Source of the DNA: Glaucostegus cemiculus
Lineage: Eukaryota
Assembly (NCBI GenBank): GCA_976551045.1
Contig: CDPCPM010000106.1
Location: forward strand, 16,802,001 to 16,866,000
Direction: 5' to 3'
Length of the DNA stretch: 64,000 nucleotides
The stretch's first letter is position 1, and each line of letters starts with the position of its first letter. The translations under genes were made by a program, and so were the position numbers. Shown piece by piece: positions 49,513 through 61,310 of the stretch. The notes under the pieces are model-generated. The model saw nothing but the letters and a program-made list of their open reading frames with translations. It was not told the DNA's origin and did no database searches.

Positions 49513-50880
49513 TGGAGACACCAGAGAATGCAGGTGCTGGAATCTGGAGCAATACAAAGCTGTTAGAAGAGCTCAGCTGATCAAACAGCATCTTTGGTGG
49601 CAAAGGGATAGTCAATGTTTTTGGGTCGAGACTCTGCGTCAGGAGAATGTAGAGGGAAAATAGCCATGGATGTACAGAGTGGTCCCTGCAGAAAGCAGAA
49701 AGGAGGTGAGAGGACAGGGGAAGACGTGGCCGGTGGTGGGAGCCCATTGGAGCTGGCGGAAGTGGCGGAGGGTGATATGCTGGATGTGGAGGATGGTGAC
49801 GTGAAAGGTGAGGACCAGGGAGATTCCATCTCTGTCCTGTCTGGGAGAGAGGTGATGGTGAGAGCAGATGTGTGGGAAATGGAGGAAATGCGTGTGTGGG
49901 CTCCAACAACTATGGCAGAGGGGAAGCTACATTTCCTGAAGTAGGAGGACATTTCACCCAACCAGCCTCAGCATCTACCATATCATCCTTCACCACAATC
50001 TCCGTGATTCCCTGATCCGTTCATCCCTTCCCACCCACCCCTCCCCATCCTCTGGCACTTTCTCCGCAACTGTAGAAGGTACAACACTTGTCCCTACTCT
50101 TCCTCCTCACCACCCTCCAGAGAACTAAACAGTCCTTCCAGGAGATGCAGAGATTCATGTGCACTTCTTACAACCTGGTCTATTGCATTTGGTGCTTGTG
50201 ATGTGGCCTCCTTCACATTAGCAAGAACAAGCATCTGTGCTCTGTCTGCAATGGCCCTTTTAAGCTTCCGGTTGAATCTCATTTCAAATCCTCTTCCTAG
50301 ACCTGTCTGTCCTTGGCCTCCACTGCCGTAGTGCGGTCAGATACAAACTGGAAGAACAGCACCTCATATACCTACAGCCGAATGGTATGAACATTCAATT
50401 TTCCCCTGTGTTCCCTATATTCCTTTCCTGTGTTCTTTTCCCATTCCCACCAGTCCACCCAGCCCCCCCCCTCTGTCTCTCTGTCTGTCTCTCTCTCCCT
50501 CTCTCTCTCCCTCCCTTTGTTCACCTTTTCCATCCCTACCACCCTCACTACCCAAGCTCATGCCCTTTCCTCTGACTTGATTCCATCTGCCCATTACCCA
50601 CACACCTATCCACCTGAGTTTCTTCTGCCTTGGTTCACCTTTCCTATCCCCTCCCCCTTCTGTCCATCATCCCTCACCTCATCTGGTTCCACCAATCACC
50701 TACCAGCCTCTGTCTCACCCCTTCCTCTCACTTCTGAATAATGGTTATCTTCCCTCAACACTCTCAATTTTGATGCAGAGTCTTGACCTGAAACGTGAAT
50801 CATCCTTTGCCTCCATCTTTGCCTCCACCGATGCTTCTTGACCCACTGTGTTCCTCCAGCAGCTTATTGTTTACTGCTAC
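49513..50880. mobile_element. Penelope-like element with inverted 5' segment and a pseudo-LTR at each end
   Basis: Minus 49513-49957 (EMSSYFRKCSFPSAIV..TRISSISHTSAL); plus 49958-50880 (KQSFQEMQRFMCTSYNLVYCIWCL*CGLLHI, KLEEQHLIY, QPNGMNIQFS); both ends carry hammerhead-like cores. Confidence 0.85.
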
Positions 50881-53039
50881 CTAGTCCTGTACCACCACAA
50901 TTACTCCCCATATCCTACAGTAGTACACTATTTTCTCACTAACGCTATAAATTGTTGCTGATTTATTTTTATACTGTTGACATATCATGACTGCAGACAA
51001 CCTCAAGGTTTATTGATATGGGCTGTGTCCAAACTATTAATATTGGACTGAACTAAAAAGGGTTAAATTCTCTTTATTAGAATAGTGCATTGATTGGCTA
51101 TTTATGCTTTTCCTTCTCTCTCTGGTTTCTGCTAACCAAGTAAACAAGAACAAACGTAGACAAGCTAATCACCAGGCCCCACAGATATCACAGTGGTTAA
51201 GATGCTGGCATGCAGAAATACTTTGCCCCAGAAACAAGATAATAGTTCAAAGTAGCTCTCTAATCATGCAGCATGCCAAGTGGCAACTCTACCTGTGCTT
51301 CTGGACAACAGCCAAGATATCTGAATTTCACATACTGATTACAATAATACTATTGAAGATGATGACAGCTGCTCTTGATGGAGCTTGTATTTTGTTTCCA
51401 AAGCTTTCTGTACAGAATCCAGTTGCTGTCTGGTACAATATGTCTAAAGAATTTTATGTATTTCAAGTGGTACTTCTTGCTCGGGAGAAGCTGCTGGCCT
51501 AAATTAGAGGTTTTTATGCCTGAAAGGATGATGGCATGGAGCAGCTATCAAATGGTTTTACTATCATCTGAACAGCCCACGCCAAATGGCCATTTGATGT
51601 TCAATGCTGCTACTGACATGCTTGCGTGACTTGGCTTGAAACTAGAGATTCCAGAAAATGTGTGCTATTCTTAAACTTTTCCTTATAATGTACCACTGAT
51701 GATTTTCTGATGTCTGTTGGCAGATCACGATTGAGTACATGTCAGGACACATTGGTAGATTTTCAGGATCTCCATGACTGATGATATCAGTTGAAGCAAG
51801 GAAAGGGTGAGTATTTCTTCTGACAATTGATGGCTGGCAAAATGAAGTTTATGTATCTTGTGGTCCGAAGACAGAAGCTAATTATCAGTTAAAATAAGTT
51901 AAAATGTGAGATTGACACATTTTGAAATCTATAACATTGCAATCTATTGCATTTGGAATAATATTGATTCCCTTTGTAGTTACTGGAACATTTCAGGTTG
52001 CAATTTTCTTTATATATTTAAGGTCAAAGCTAACAGTTCAATTTCAAATGACCTTGATAAACTGATAAATTAGTTTCCAATCTTTAGAGCTATCTCTCAA
52101 TGAAATGGGAAGGATAAGGATTTCAAAATACTTGATTGAATGCAAAGAAAAAGCAATGTTTTCATGTGGCCTAGACTTCCCCAAGAGCTGTTTTATTGGC
52201 TGGACCTGTGACCTTAGCAATTCAGATAGCCTATTTCCTTCCATTTCATTTATAATTAGGAATTTCCTTCATAAAGGATTCCTCAAATTTTGAATTTGCT
52301 AACAACTATGACAGTTTGAGTTATGCAGGCAAAGTTGACTATGAGTTTAAATGTTGTTTGAAAACTGATTGCCATTTTCTAAAATAAGGAAATTGAATAT
52401 TGCATTTATATTCCCCTAGAATCATTTGATGGGCAGTCTAATGACATAGTTCTAACTTACATCTTCACAAACTTTGTGAGTTTAATACTGACTCTGACGG
52501 AACTCTTGTACCTACTGAATCATGATGTGTTAAGTTTATGCATTTAAACTGATAATTGTTTGAAGATCTGTTGGGGGTAAAAGTTGTTAATGGTGTTCCA
52601 TAATATGTATCCTAAACAAGTACCTCTGGAAAAAGATTTTCATTTTTAGATTTTATTGGAAAGTTGTGTTACTTTCTCAAGATACCCTTTCATTCACTGG
52701 GACATGTGGATAGGACAAACTAACAACAGACCAGTATTGAACTTCTAATTCAACACTGTTTTAATGACTTAAGTGTTTATCTTGACAATACAAACCAAAT
52801 AGTTAATTAGTTTGATGGAAACTTATAACCACACGTTGTTTACTTGTCTACTGTTGGATGTCAGCCTAGATTGAAGTAACAGGCCTCATCCTTCTTGAGG
52901 CTTCAGCTCCTGCTGTCTTGTTAACCTAAAATATTGGGTGTAACACTTTTGGGAATCACTTAGCTGTGATGATCTCATCTATTCACAAATTTAGGAAAAA
53001 ATATTCTCCTTCACTGGTGTTGCTGTCCAACCCCTCTGA

Positions 53040-53173
53040 AGAAGGAAGGGGATATATTCCAAGGCATGGAAGGCTGTGGACCTAATGCAGGTAAATGGGA
53101 TTAATGTGGATAGGTACAATGGATAGCATGGATATGGTGGGCAGAAGGGCCTGTTTCTGTGCTGTATGACTCT
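53040..53173 (+). mobile_element. CR1 3' end inside an RTE-like relic
   Basis: 'ggacctaatgcaggtaaatggga..ggtgggcagaagggcctgtttctgtgctgtatgactcta'. Confidence 0.8.
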
Positions 53174-53649
53174 AGGGAGCAGCAGCACCATCTTCAAAAA
53201 CGTATTCTTGCATGTCTGGTTGCCATTTGTTGATTCAGTCACTGCTGCGCATTGCGTCCCCTTTAGGCATCAGGTGGCCAGAAGTTGATCTAACAACCTT
53301 ATCTGCACCCTTGAATAATGGCTTGTTTATGATGTCCAGAGAAATGCATCTTCAGAAATACCCTTCCTTGGTTCTTGTTTCATTTTAGAATGTGCACACT
53401 CACGCTATTGCATTACACATATTCTGCTATCGTATTCCCTGTTGTAACTGCATACAATGGAATGTAACAATCCAGTCTGATTCATTATGTTTCATTATAT
53501 GCAGTTCACCCAACAATTCTCTGAGTAACAAAGCAAGATAACTTCTCAGAGCCCAAAGACCTCTCCAAGGCATGACATAGTAAAAAAAAAATACATTTTT
53601 GCTCACTGTCCCTTGATCCTTCAAACAATTTTGTTTCAAAGAATTATTT

Positions 53650-54390
53650 GTCAGGATCGAGGCATTACTGGAAAAGACAGCATTTATTAACCATGTTTAA
53701 GTTCCTCTGGAAAAATTGTGGTGAGCAGTCTCGAACTGCTGCAGTCCTTTCAGTGAAGTTACTCCCACAGTTATACTATGGAATGGGAGTACTAGGACTT
53801 AGACCCAGGAATAATGAAGGAACAGTGATATATTTACAAGTCAGAATGTATTGTGATTCAGAGGAAACATGCAGGTGGCCTTTGCCATTGTCCTTCTTTG
53901 TGAGATCATGGAAGGGGCTGTATGGAGTCCTGGTGTTCTTTGTAGATGGTACATATTGGTGGTGGAGGGAATGAATGCTTTAGTTGGTGGATTGGTTACC
54001 AATCAAATAGGATACTTTGCCTTTGATGGACATAAACTTCTTGAGAGTCATTGGAACTGAATTCATTCAGGCAAGTGAAGAGCATTCCATCTCACTCTTG
54101 ATTTGTGCCTTGTTAATGGTAAAAAGGCTTTGAGGTGAGAGGAGATGTGTTATTCAGCACTGGATATCCAGCTTCTTATCCACTCTCCTAGCCACAAGAC
54201 TTATCTGGTTGCTCCAGCTGAGTTTCTGGTCAGTGGTGTTTCTCAGAACATTGATGGTGGGTGACTTGGTGATGGTAATGCAAGTAAATGTCAAGGATAG
54301 GTGATATCACACTCCCTTGTTGGCAATTAGCTGGCAGCTTTGAGATGCAAATATGGCCGCTTTTCAGCCCATTCCTGAATGTTGTCATGG
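53650..54390 (-). mobile_element. Old Crack-like LINE 3' part
   Basis: Collinear with 9715-10232 plus 11778-11990. Confidence 0.65.
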
Positions 54391-54864
54391 TCTTCTCAGT
54401 TTTCTTTGAGAAGAAATGTTGCAAAATATGAGGTTGGTTTGTCCTGTTAAACTGGCAGAATCACAAAATGTATTTGATTTATCTCACAGTAGCCACTCCT
54501 TGGGGCATTTTCCTTCTGGCATTGATTTGCATGATACGTTGCATTTGTCCAACATAAGTTTTATACAAATTTCTATAGAATTACAAAGAGAGACCATTCA
54601 GCCCAGATCCTGCTGCTGATTATATTCCATCCCATCTGCCCATCTCAGTACTCCTTAAAATGTTGTCTCTAATGGGCTTACTTAACTTCCTTTCAAAAGC
54701 AAATATATTATTTGCCTCAATCACTTCTTAAGATAATGAGTTCTAAAATTTAAGCAAATAAACAGATTTCTCCTTATTTCCTTATTAGATTTCTTAGTAC
54801 TTTCTTTTGTAATTGTGCTGTCTATCTTTTAATTTTCTCAGATGGCTAGGATTTTATTCATTAG

Positions 54865-55245
54865 AGAATAGGAGACTGAGAGATGTATAAAATCTTATAG
54901 AGATGTGTAAGATCATGAGGGGCATCAATAGGGTGAATGCACTGTCTTTTTCTCAGGGTTGGGAAATCAAGAATTAGAGGGCAGTCATTTAAGGTGGGAG
55001 GGGGTAAAGATTTAATATGAACTTGAGGGGTAACTTTTTTCCATGGAGGGTGGCACATTTATGGAATCAACTGCCAGAGGAAGTGTTTGAGGCAGGTATA
55101 AGACAGTTGGACGGGCACATGGATAGGAAAGGTTCAGATGGATGTGGGCCAGATGCAGGCAAATGGGACTAAGTTGGATGGGCAGTTTGGCTGGCATGGA
55201 CCAGTTGGGCCAAGGGGCCTGTTTGTGTGCTGTATGACTCCATGA
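54865..55245 (+). mobile_element. CR1 3' fragment
   Basis: 'aagatcatgaggggcatcaatagggtgaatgcac..gggccaaggggcctgtttgtgtgctgtatgactccatgac'; flanked by older minus-strand CR1 remnants. Confidence 0.85.
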
Positions 55246-57703
55246 CATGGAAATATTTTCTCCACACCACCCAATCTAAGCCATTTATCAATTTAAATAC
55301 CTCATTTAGTTTATCTCTTTTCTACCTTTGCCAGTAGCTGTAATTGTACCATCTAGTGATCATAGTTTGCAGTTTCTTCAGTGTTTTTATGTCCCGTTTA
55401 GTAAAAAGGAGACTGGAATTGTGCACAGTGCTCTTAACCTGGTAAAATTTAATAGGTTTATTAATCAATGGACTTGATATGCACTGACAATGGCCATGGT
55501 TCTCTATCAGATGTAAGTAATCATTGAGAAGAACAGCCCTATAAAAGCAGGGAAAGACCGTAGATGCATCAGGCTCTTGTGAGTTCTGAGCTCGGAGAAA
55601 ATGATTAGTGACTTTGTGGTGTTTGAGTCATGCAGAGTGAGGGGTAAAGAGTGGAATGCAATGAAAATGGCAGAAGTACACGGATATAGTGCTGTGCAAT
55701 ATCATTGTACAAATTCACATTATTTTTTTTGTCAGTTGCTCTAGCAATGCATTATCCCATTTGATTTAATAGCTTTGTAACAAGAATTGCCAAATTAAGT
55801 TCATGGTGCATGTTAAGCAAATGTGCAGTGCAATTTCTATACTTCTTGTTATTACTGTTAATAATTGCCACTCTTACTTAAACGAATCTTAAATGTTAAT
55901 TAGCATTGCAGTTATAATGAAGCCAATTTGTTGGGTTTTAATTGGAAAGCCTTTTTCTTCTGGATTAGTGATAGGGTCTGTAAAAGATTAAGATGGGATA
56001 GAATCTGTTTATTTTAGCCGTCAACTTTGTTTTATGCCAAAATAATCAACAATGTGGTAAAACCTTTGATATACACATGCCTTCTTGTTTTTTTGCTGTC
56101 TAATTATGACGCATTTGGCCCCAACTGTATCAATGCATCATTTGAGTGCCAAAGTCACTGTGCCAAAATAATAAGAGAACATTTTATAATTTAACTCTAT
56201 TGTTCTTGGAAGCAATAAAGACGTTTAACAAAATTCAACTTCAGCCTTAATGCAGTGTTTTATTTCTGATCAGTCAGGTGTTGACTTCATTGGAACCAAA
56301 TTTCAGAAGCAAAGTACAATGCATATATGCTAATACATCGTCTATTTAGCATATACAACCAAGGGAGCAGCTGAATTTCTATTTGTTTTATTGGTATAGT
56401 TTGCAGTATGCACCAAATGAAAATGAGACAGTGGAAACTGCTTTAAGTGTATGAATTAAAACAGCTCCTAAAACTACTCACTCAGTAACACTGACTGACT
56501 TTTGAGTACCTTCTTTGAGCATTCCAGAAAAGTAACACAGATCCAGTGAGGAGTTTCAGTCATCAATGTCGAGTTTGTAAACTAAGTGAACTTCTGAAGG
56601 ATAAGACCATCCTGGTCCAGCCTGTATGTGACTGCAGTCCCAGACTGAATGAAAACAATCGGAGACAACTGAGTAGACCAGCATCCTTGGGGATGTTACA
56701 CAACACTGCCCACATGTCCGAGAAGGGAGATATAAGCTGGTTTCCCCTCAGCTAGGTGTGGCAATAAATGTCAATGGTGCCCACATCTGGAGAATAAATT
56801 GGAGCTAATCCAGGAAGATAACGATACTTTGCTGTTATAAACAGGAACATATTCAACAAGTAAACAAAGCCTGTTTTTAACACTCCTGGTGAAAGAAACA
56901 TCAAGCCTGATTTTTGTTTAGTACATTCTAGACTCTTTCATTCTGTGCCCTTGTTAAAATAAGAAAAGTTATAGCTCCAGTAAGCTACAGCAAGGCAGAC
57001 CTGACCCTGATAATTGTGAAAAACTTCAATTTTACAGGTTAGAAATGTTAGAGAAATGACTATAGCAAAGACAATACACGTTCAAATTGAGCTACGATTA
57101 AACTCTGAATTTTGTTAGACTATATATGTATATCAGTGACTGTGGAGTAATTATTTATTCTGAAATGGCACACAAGGATTGGAATCAAACTGGACTTACA
57201 CTGCTACCCAATTAGTCTTCGGTGGCCTCCATCCACCTGCACTCCTCTGGGCTGGATGCAGGGGGCAGAATGAACTGATATATCAACCCCCTCCCTACAG
57301 AAGTTTGGAGGGTGGTGTGTGGTACAAGCCCTCAGCAGTTATTGGTACTCAGTTCGCTTCCTGCTAAGGCCTTATCCCCGAAATGCCTTGACACATTTGA
57401 CAGAAGGCAAAGCTGGGGGAAAGGAGCCTTGCCTTTGGGTCAAACTCTGTGAGGTTTTGTTATGTTTTTGTTTTACCTCATTGATATTCTGGAAACATTT
57501 AAAAGTTGATTTTTTTTTAAATAATTGAAGAAATTTAAATTAGTAGTGGATTTTTAAGAAGAATTTTATTAAAATCACATCAAAAGAACTAATAAATAGC
57601 TAAATTAAAATAAGTAAATGAAGAACAAGTGAATAATTCCTTCTTCCTGGTCTCCAGATTGAAAGTCCTTATTCAAGTGAATGGGGTTTCCAATCTTATG
57701 GCA

Positions 57704-57870
57704 ATTCTGGAGCAACAAAGAAGATGCTGGAGGAACTCAATGGGTCAGGCAGCATCTGTGGAGGGAAGTGTTCAGTCAACAGTTCAGGTCATGCCCCTTC
57801 ATCTGAGTCCACTTCCCTCCACAGATGCTGCCTGACCCGCTGGGTTTCTCCCATCTCTTTGCATCTCCAT
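57704..57870. repeat. Penelope pseudo-LTR-derived hairpin with perfect 29-bp inverted repeat
   Basis: 57742-57770 gggtcaggcagcatctgtggagggaagtg is the exact reverse complement of 57810-57838; 39-nt spacer. Confidence 0.9.
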
Positions 57871-59431
57871 TACGGCAGTTCTGGCTGACATACTATCACA
57901 ATGGTGTCTCCCCCAGCATGACTGGGTTCTGCCACTTGCGGGGATCTAACAATAGATCAGAGGTTATGGAATTGCTGGCATCTCTCACTCAGCTTTTCCT
58001 GTGCTTGAAAAGGGGTCTGCCAGTGTTCAGGATTCACTTACATGGAAGCAAATGGATGCTGGAAGTTTTAAACGTCCAGCCACAGACTTCCCACCTGGAC
58101 CCAAAATAGCGATCCACTTTGGTTGTTTAACAGAATAACAAAGATGTGTCATCTATGTTAGAGAAATTGAGGAAAATATATTCAATATGTTATTGGAAGC
58201 CCTTTACAATATTGGAAAAAGAGGACTTAGAGATAATTGTTCACAGTATTTCCAGGTGAACCTTTGACAGATGACCATCAAAAGAAGATTTTAATCTACT
58301 TAAAATGTCATTCTCCACCCAACGGGAATGATACTCTATTAAAAAAAAAGTCAATTGAAATTACAAACAAAATGATAAACAAATCAATCAAATGGCTCCA
58401 AAATACACCCAGTATTTTTTTTTTCAAAATTCTATATAATATAATCATAATTTCAAATTAATTATGAGTAAAAACAGTATGGAAATAGAATTTGAGTAGA
58501 AAATTGTTTACAGCTTCTACTGATTTTTGTAGCTGAATTCCTTACTTTGATCTTTTGCTGAGTTTTTATCCTTTCCAATTAACTTGATAGGCAATGAAAT
58601 AGCCTTCTCACATGCTTTGATCTCAGTTGAACATAACAGACATGGAGAATGTTATCTTGTATCCCTTTTCTTAAAAACACAAATAGAATTATAATATGAC
58701 TGAGCCCCTAGATGTGTTAAGATTTCCTTCAGCGTTTACCAAAATGTGTCATCTTAATATTCTTTGAATCAAGAATCAATTTTCCTTTTAATTTGAAGAT
58801 TGAAGATGAGGAAATGGATCGAAAATTAAAAAGCTCAAAAAACGAGCTGACTTCTTGAATATTTGAAAACACTTAAGTAACACTAAGTTGTAGATCAAAT
58901 AATGGGGAAGAGGCATCTACTCTGAAAAATCGCTATTACTGTACAGTAACTCTGTAGCAAATTACTAATTTCAGATTTGGAAGATAAACTGGAAAAGGAT
59001 TGAAAGCTGTTGGAGGGAATGAGAGTGGGGATTACGATACAAGCCAATTCTTCGCATTGCAGGAAACCTGGTAAATTGTTGCTGCCTGCTGTTTTACAAG
59101 ATTGCGATGTACTGCAGGTGCTACCCACACTATATACATCAGCAGGGAGTGTTTTATCGCCAGCCTTATAGCTCAAACACACTGGCATCTGTTCAACCAT
59201 GACAGTATCACTGCCAAAACACATAACAGAACACTCACTCATGGGTTTCCCTGTTCTTGAAGGGGAAGATGTTGTTGCTCCAGTCATTGGATCCTCTGTA
59301 GTTTGCAGTTCATGTCTGAATATTGGTGAGCACGATCTACTTCTGTTGACGTTCTCCCAATGGTCCATGCAAGAAAAAGTGGACCCCCGCATAACTCAAA
59401 ATTTCATGGTGCGCATTTACTTAATATGGGG

Positions 59432-59787
59432 TTACAGACCATAAGATACAGGAGGAGAATTTGGCCATTTAGCCCATCGAGTCTGCTCAAGCATTCAATC
59501 ATGGCTGTGTTATTTTTCCCTCTCAACCCCATTCTTGTGTCTTCTTCCCATAACCTTTGACACCCTTACTAATCAAGAACCTGTCAACCTCCACTTTAAA
59601 TATACCCAATGACTTAGCCTCCACAGACCTCTGTGGAAATGAATTCCACAGATTCACCACCCTCTGGCTAAAGAAATTTCTCCTCATCTCTATTCTAAAG
59701 GGACGTCCTTCTATTCTGAGGCTGTGTCCTCTGGTCCTAGACTCTCCCAGTACTGGAAACATCCTCTTCACATCCATTCTATCTAGG
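59432..59787 (-). mobile_element. CR1 3' fragment
   Basis: MFPVLGESRTRGHSLRIEGRPFRIEMRRNFFSQRVVNLWNSFPQ. Confidence 0.92.
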
Positions 59788-59859
59788 GTGACCTTAATGA
59801 GTTACAAAGAGTGATCTTAAAAAAAACTTTGTCATTTGTACTGGCTGCCTTGGAGTCCG

Positions 59860-60018
59860 GATAGATTTGTAATCTGTGAGGGAGGGTTGTGGAACAACCA
59901 AAGGAAACCCATACAGTCGCAGGGAAAATGTGCAAACTCCACATAGACAGCGCCCAAGGTCAGGATTGAACCCAGGTTTCTAGTGCTGTGAGGCATCAGC
60001 TCTATTGGCTGCGCCACT
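59860..60018 (-). mobile_element. Older V-SINE (head and core)
   Basis: 'ggaaacccatacagtcgcagggaaaatgtgcaaactccacatagacagcgcccaaggtcaggattgaacccagg'. Confidence 0.75.
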
Positions 60019-60094
60019 TTGCTGCTGTTAGTTGTATCTGACGTCAGTGTATGGTTGGTTCTAGATAGGCAGGCAACACCCTGATTACTAAAAA

Positions 60095-60190
60095 ACAAAA
60101 AAACTGCACAAGCTGGAAATCTGAAGTAAGAAGATGACCATCATCATGTCAGGCAGCATCTATGGAAAGAGAAACAGAGTTACATTTCAA
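60095..60190 (-). mobile_element. Penelope pseudo-LTR remnant
   Basis: 'gctggaaatctgaag..gtcaggcagcatctatggaaagagaaacagagttacatttca'. Confidence 0.6.
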
Positions 60191-60774
60191 ATCTATTATA
60201 TCCAACCTTGTCAATACTAACTACTTGTTTCCCAGCTTCATTTTGATTTCTGCTGACTGAGAGATGGCTCTTTTCTGTATTGTTAAATACAGTTTGAACA
60301 CATACACAGAAGCAACAGGAGGACTTTTTAAAGGTGTTCAGATCCAGATCTGACACCGCATTAAGTAAGTACTCCATTTTGTGTTAAATCCTAGTGGTGT
60401 GAGAAGGTTTCTTCTAGATTTCCTCTCTGGTATCAGATTGGACCTGAATTTAGTAGACATTAAACAGTGGCTTACCATTAAGTGTTGGTTTAATAAGAAA
60501 TCAAAATCAGCCAACATGATTTTCTCAAATGTTATCTTACAGAACTCCGGTAAAAGGTTTTAACAATCTCAGGGGATCTGTCCTTCCAAGATAAAAGAGA
60601 CAGAAATGGTGGGATCTGGCAAGGTGAAGATAAATAATTGTGCATCATCAGGTTTTTTGCTATTGAAGGTATTCTTGCTTTATCTGATCACATCATTTTG
60701 CTTACAAGATTTAATAACTCTGAAGAGGTTGATAAATCATTGGGAGTCTTATTTTAAATTTGTTGACTATAAGT

Positions 60775-61040
60775 ATTGGCATGTAAATGTCACTGGCAAT
60801 GCCAGCATTTATAATCAATCCTTTGCTATCTCTGAACTAAGGAGGCAGTTAGGAGTCACATATAGGCCAGAGTGGGTAAAGATGGCTGATATATTTCCTT
60901 GTGGGACATGAATGAATCAATGGATTTTTTTTTTGCTTAGTTTTCTCAGCTTTATTTCTTTTAACTTCCAATGTATTTAATTTGTTGAATTAAAATTCCA
61001 CAACTGCCCATGAGTCAGTGGTTCAGAATGCTAGTTGGCA
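60775..61040 (-). mobile_element. Old SINE sharing the Crack-like LINE tail
   Basis: 'gtcactggcaatgccagcatttat..ggagtcacatataggccagagtgggtaaagatggc..aaattccacaactgcc'. Confidence 0.55.
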
Positions 61041-61204
61041 GGGAATTTAACCAGCACATTGCCTTAACTCTGGACATTTCAAAGTCCTATGGTAGAATCA
61101 CATTCAAGGAAAGGAACGCAACATCCACAGTGAAAGTTCCATGGACTTTTCAGTAAGCACCAACATACATAGCTGCATGTTGAGCAGATGCAGACTTCAC
61201 CTTT

Positions 61205-61310
61205 TGTCTGATCTGAAACTCTGTTTCCCTTTCTACAGATGCCACCTGCTCTGATGAGTGGCTGCCACATTTGCTGTTTTTATTTCCGATCTCCAACAAT
61301 TGTAGTTTTA
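61205..61310 (+). mobile_element. Penelope pseudo-LTR remnant
   Basis: 'ctgaaactctgtttccctttctacagatgccacctgctctgatgagt..catttgctgtttttatttccgatctccaac'. Confidence 0.55.
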
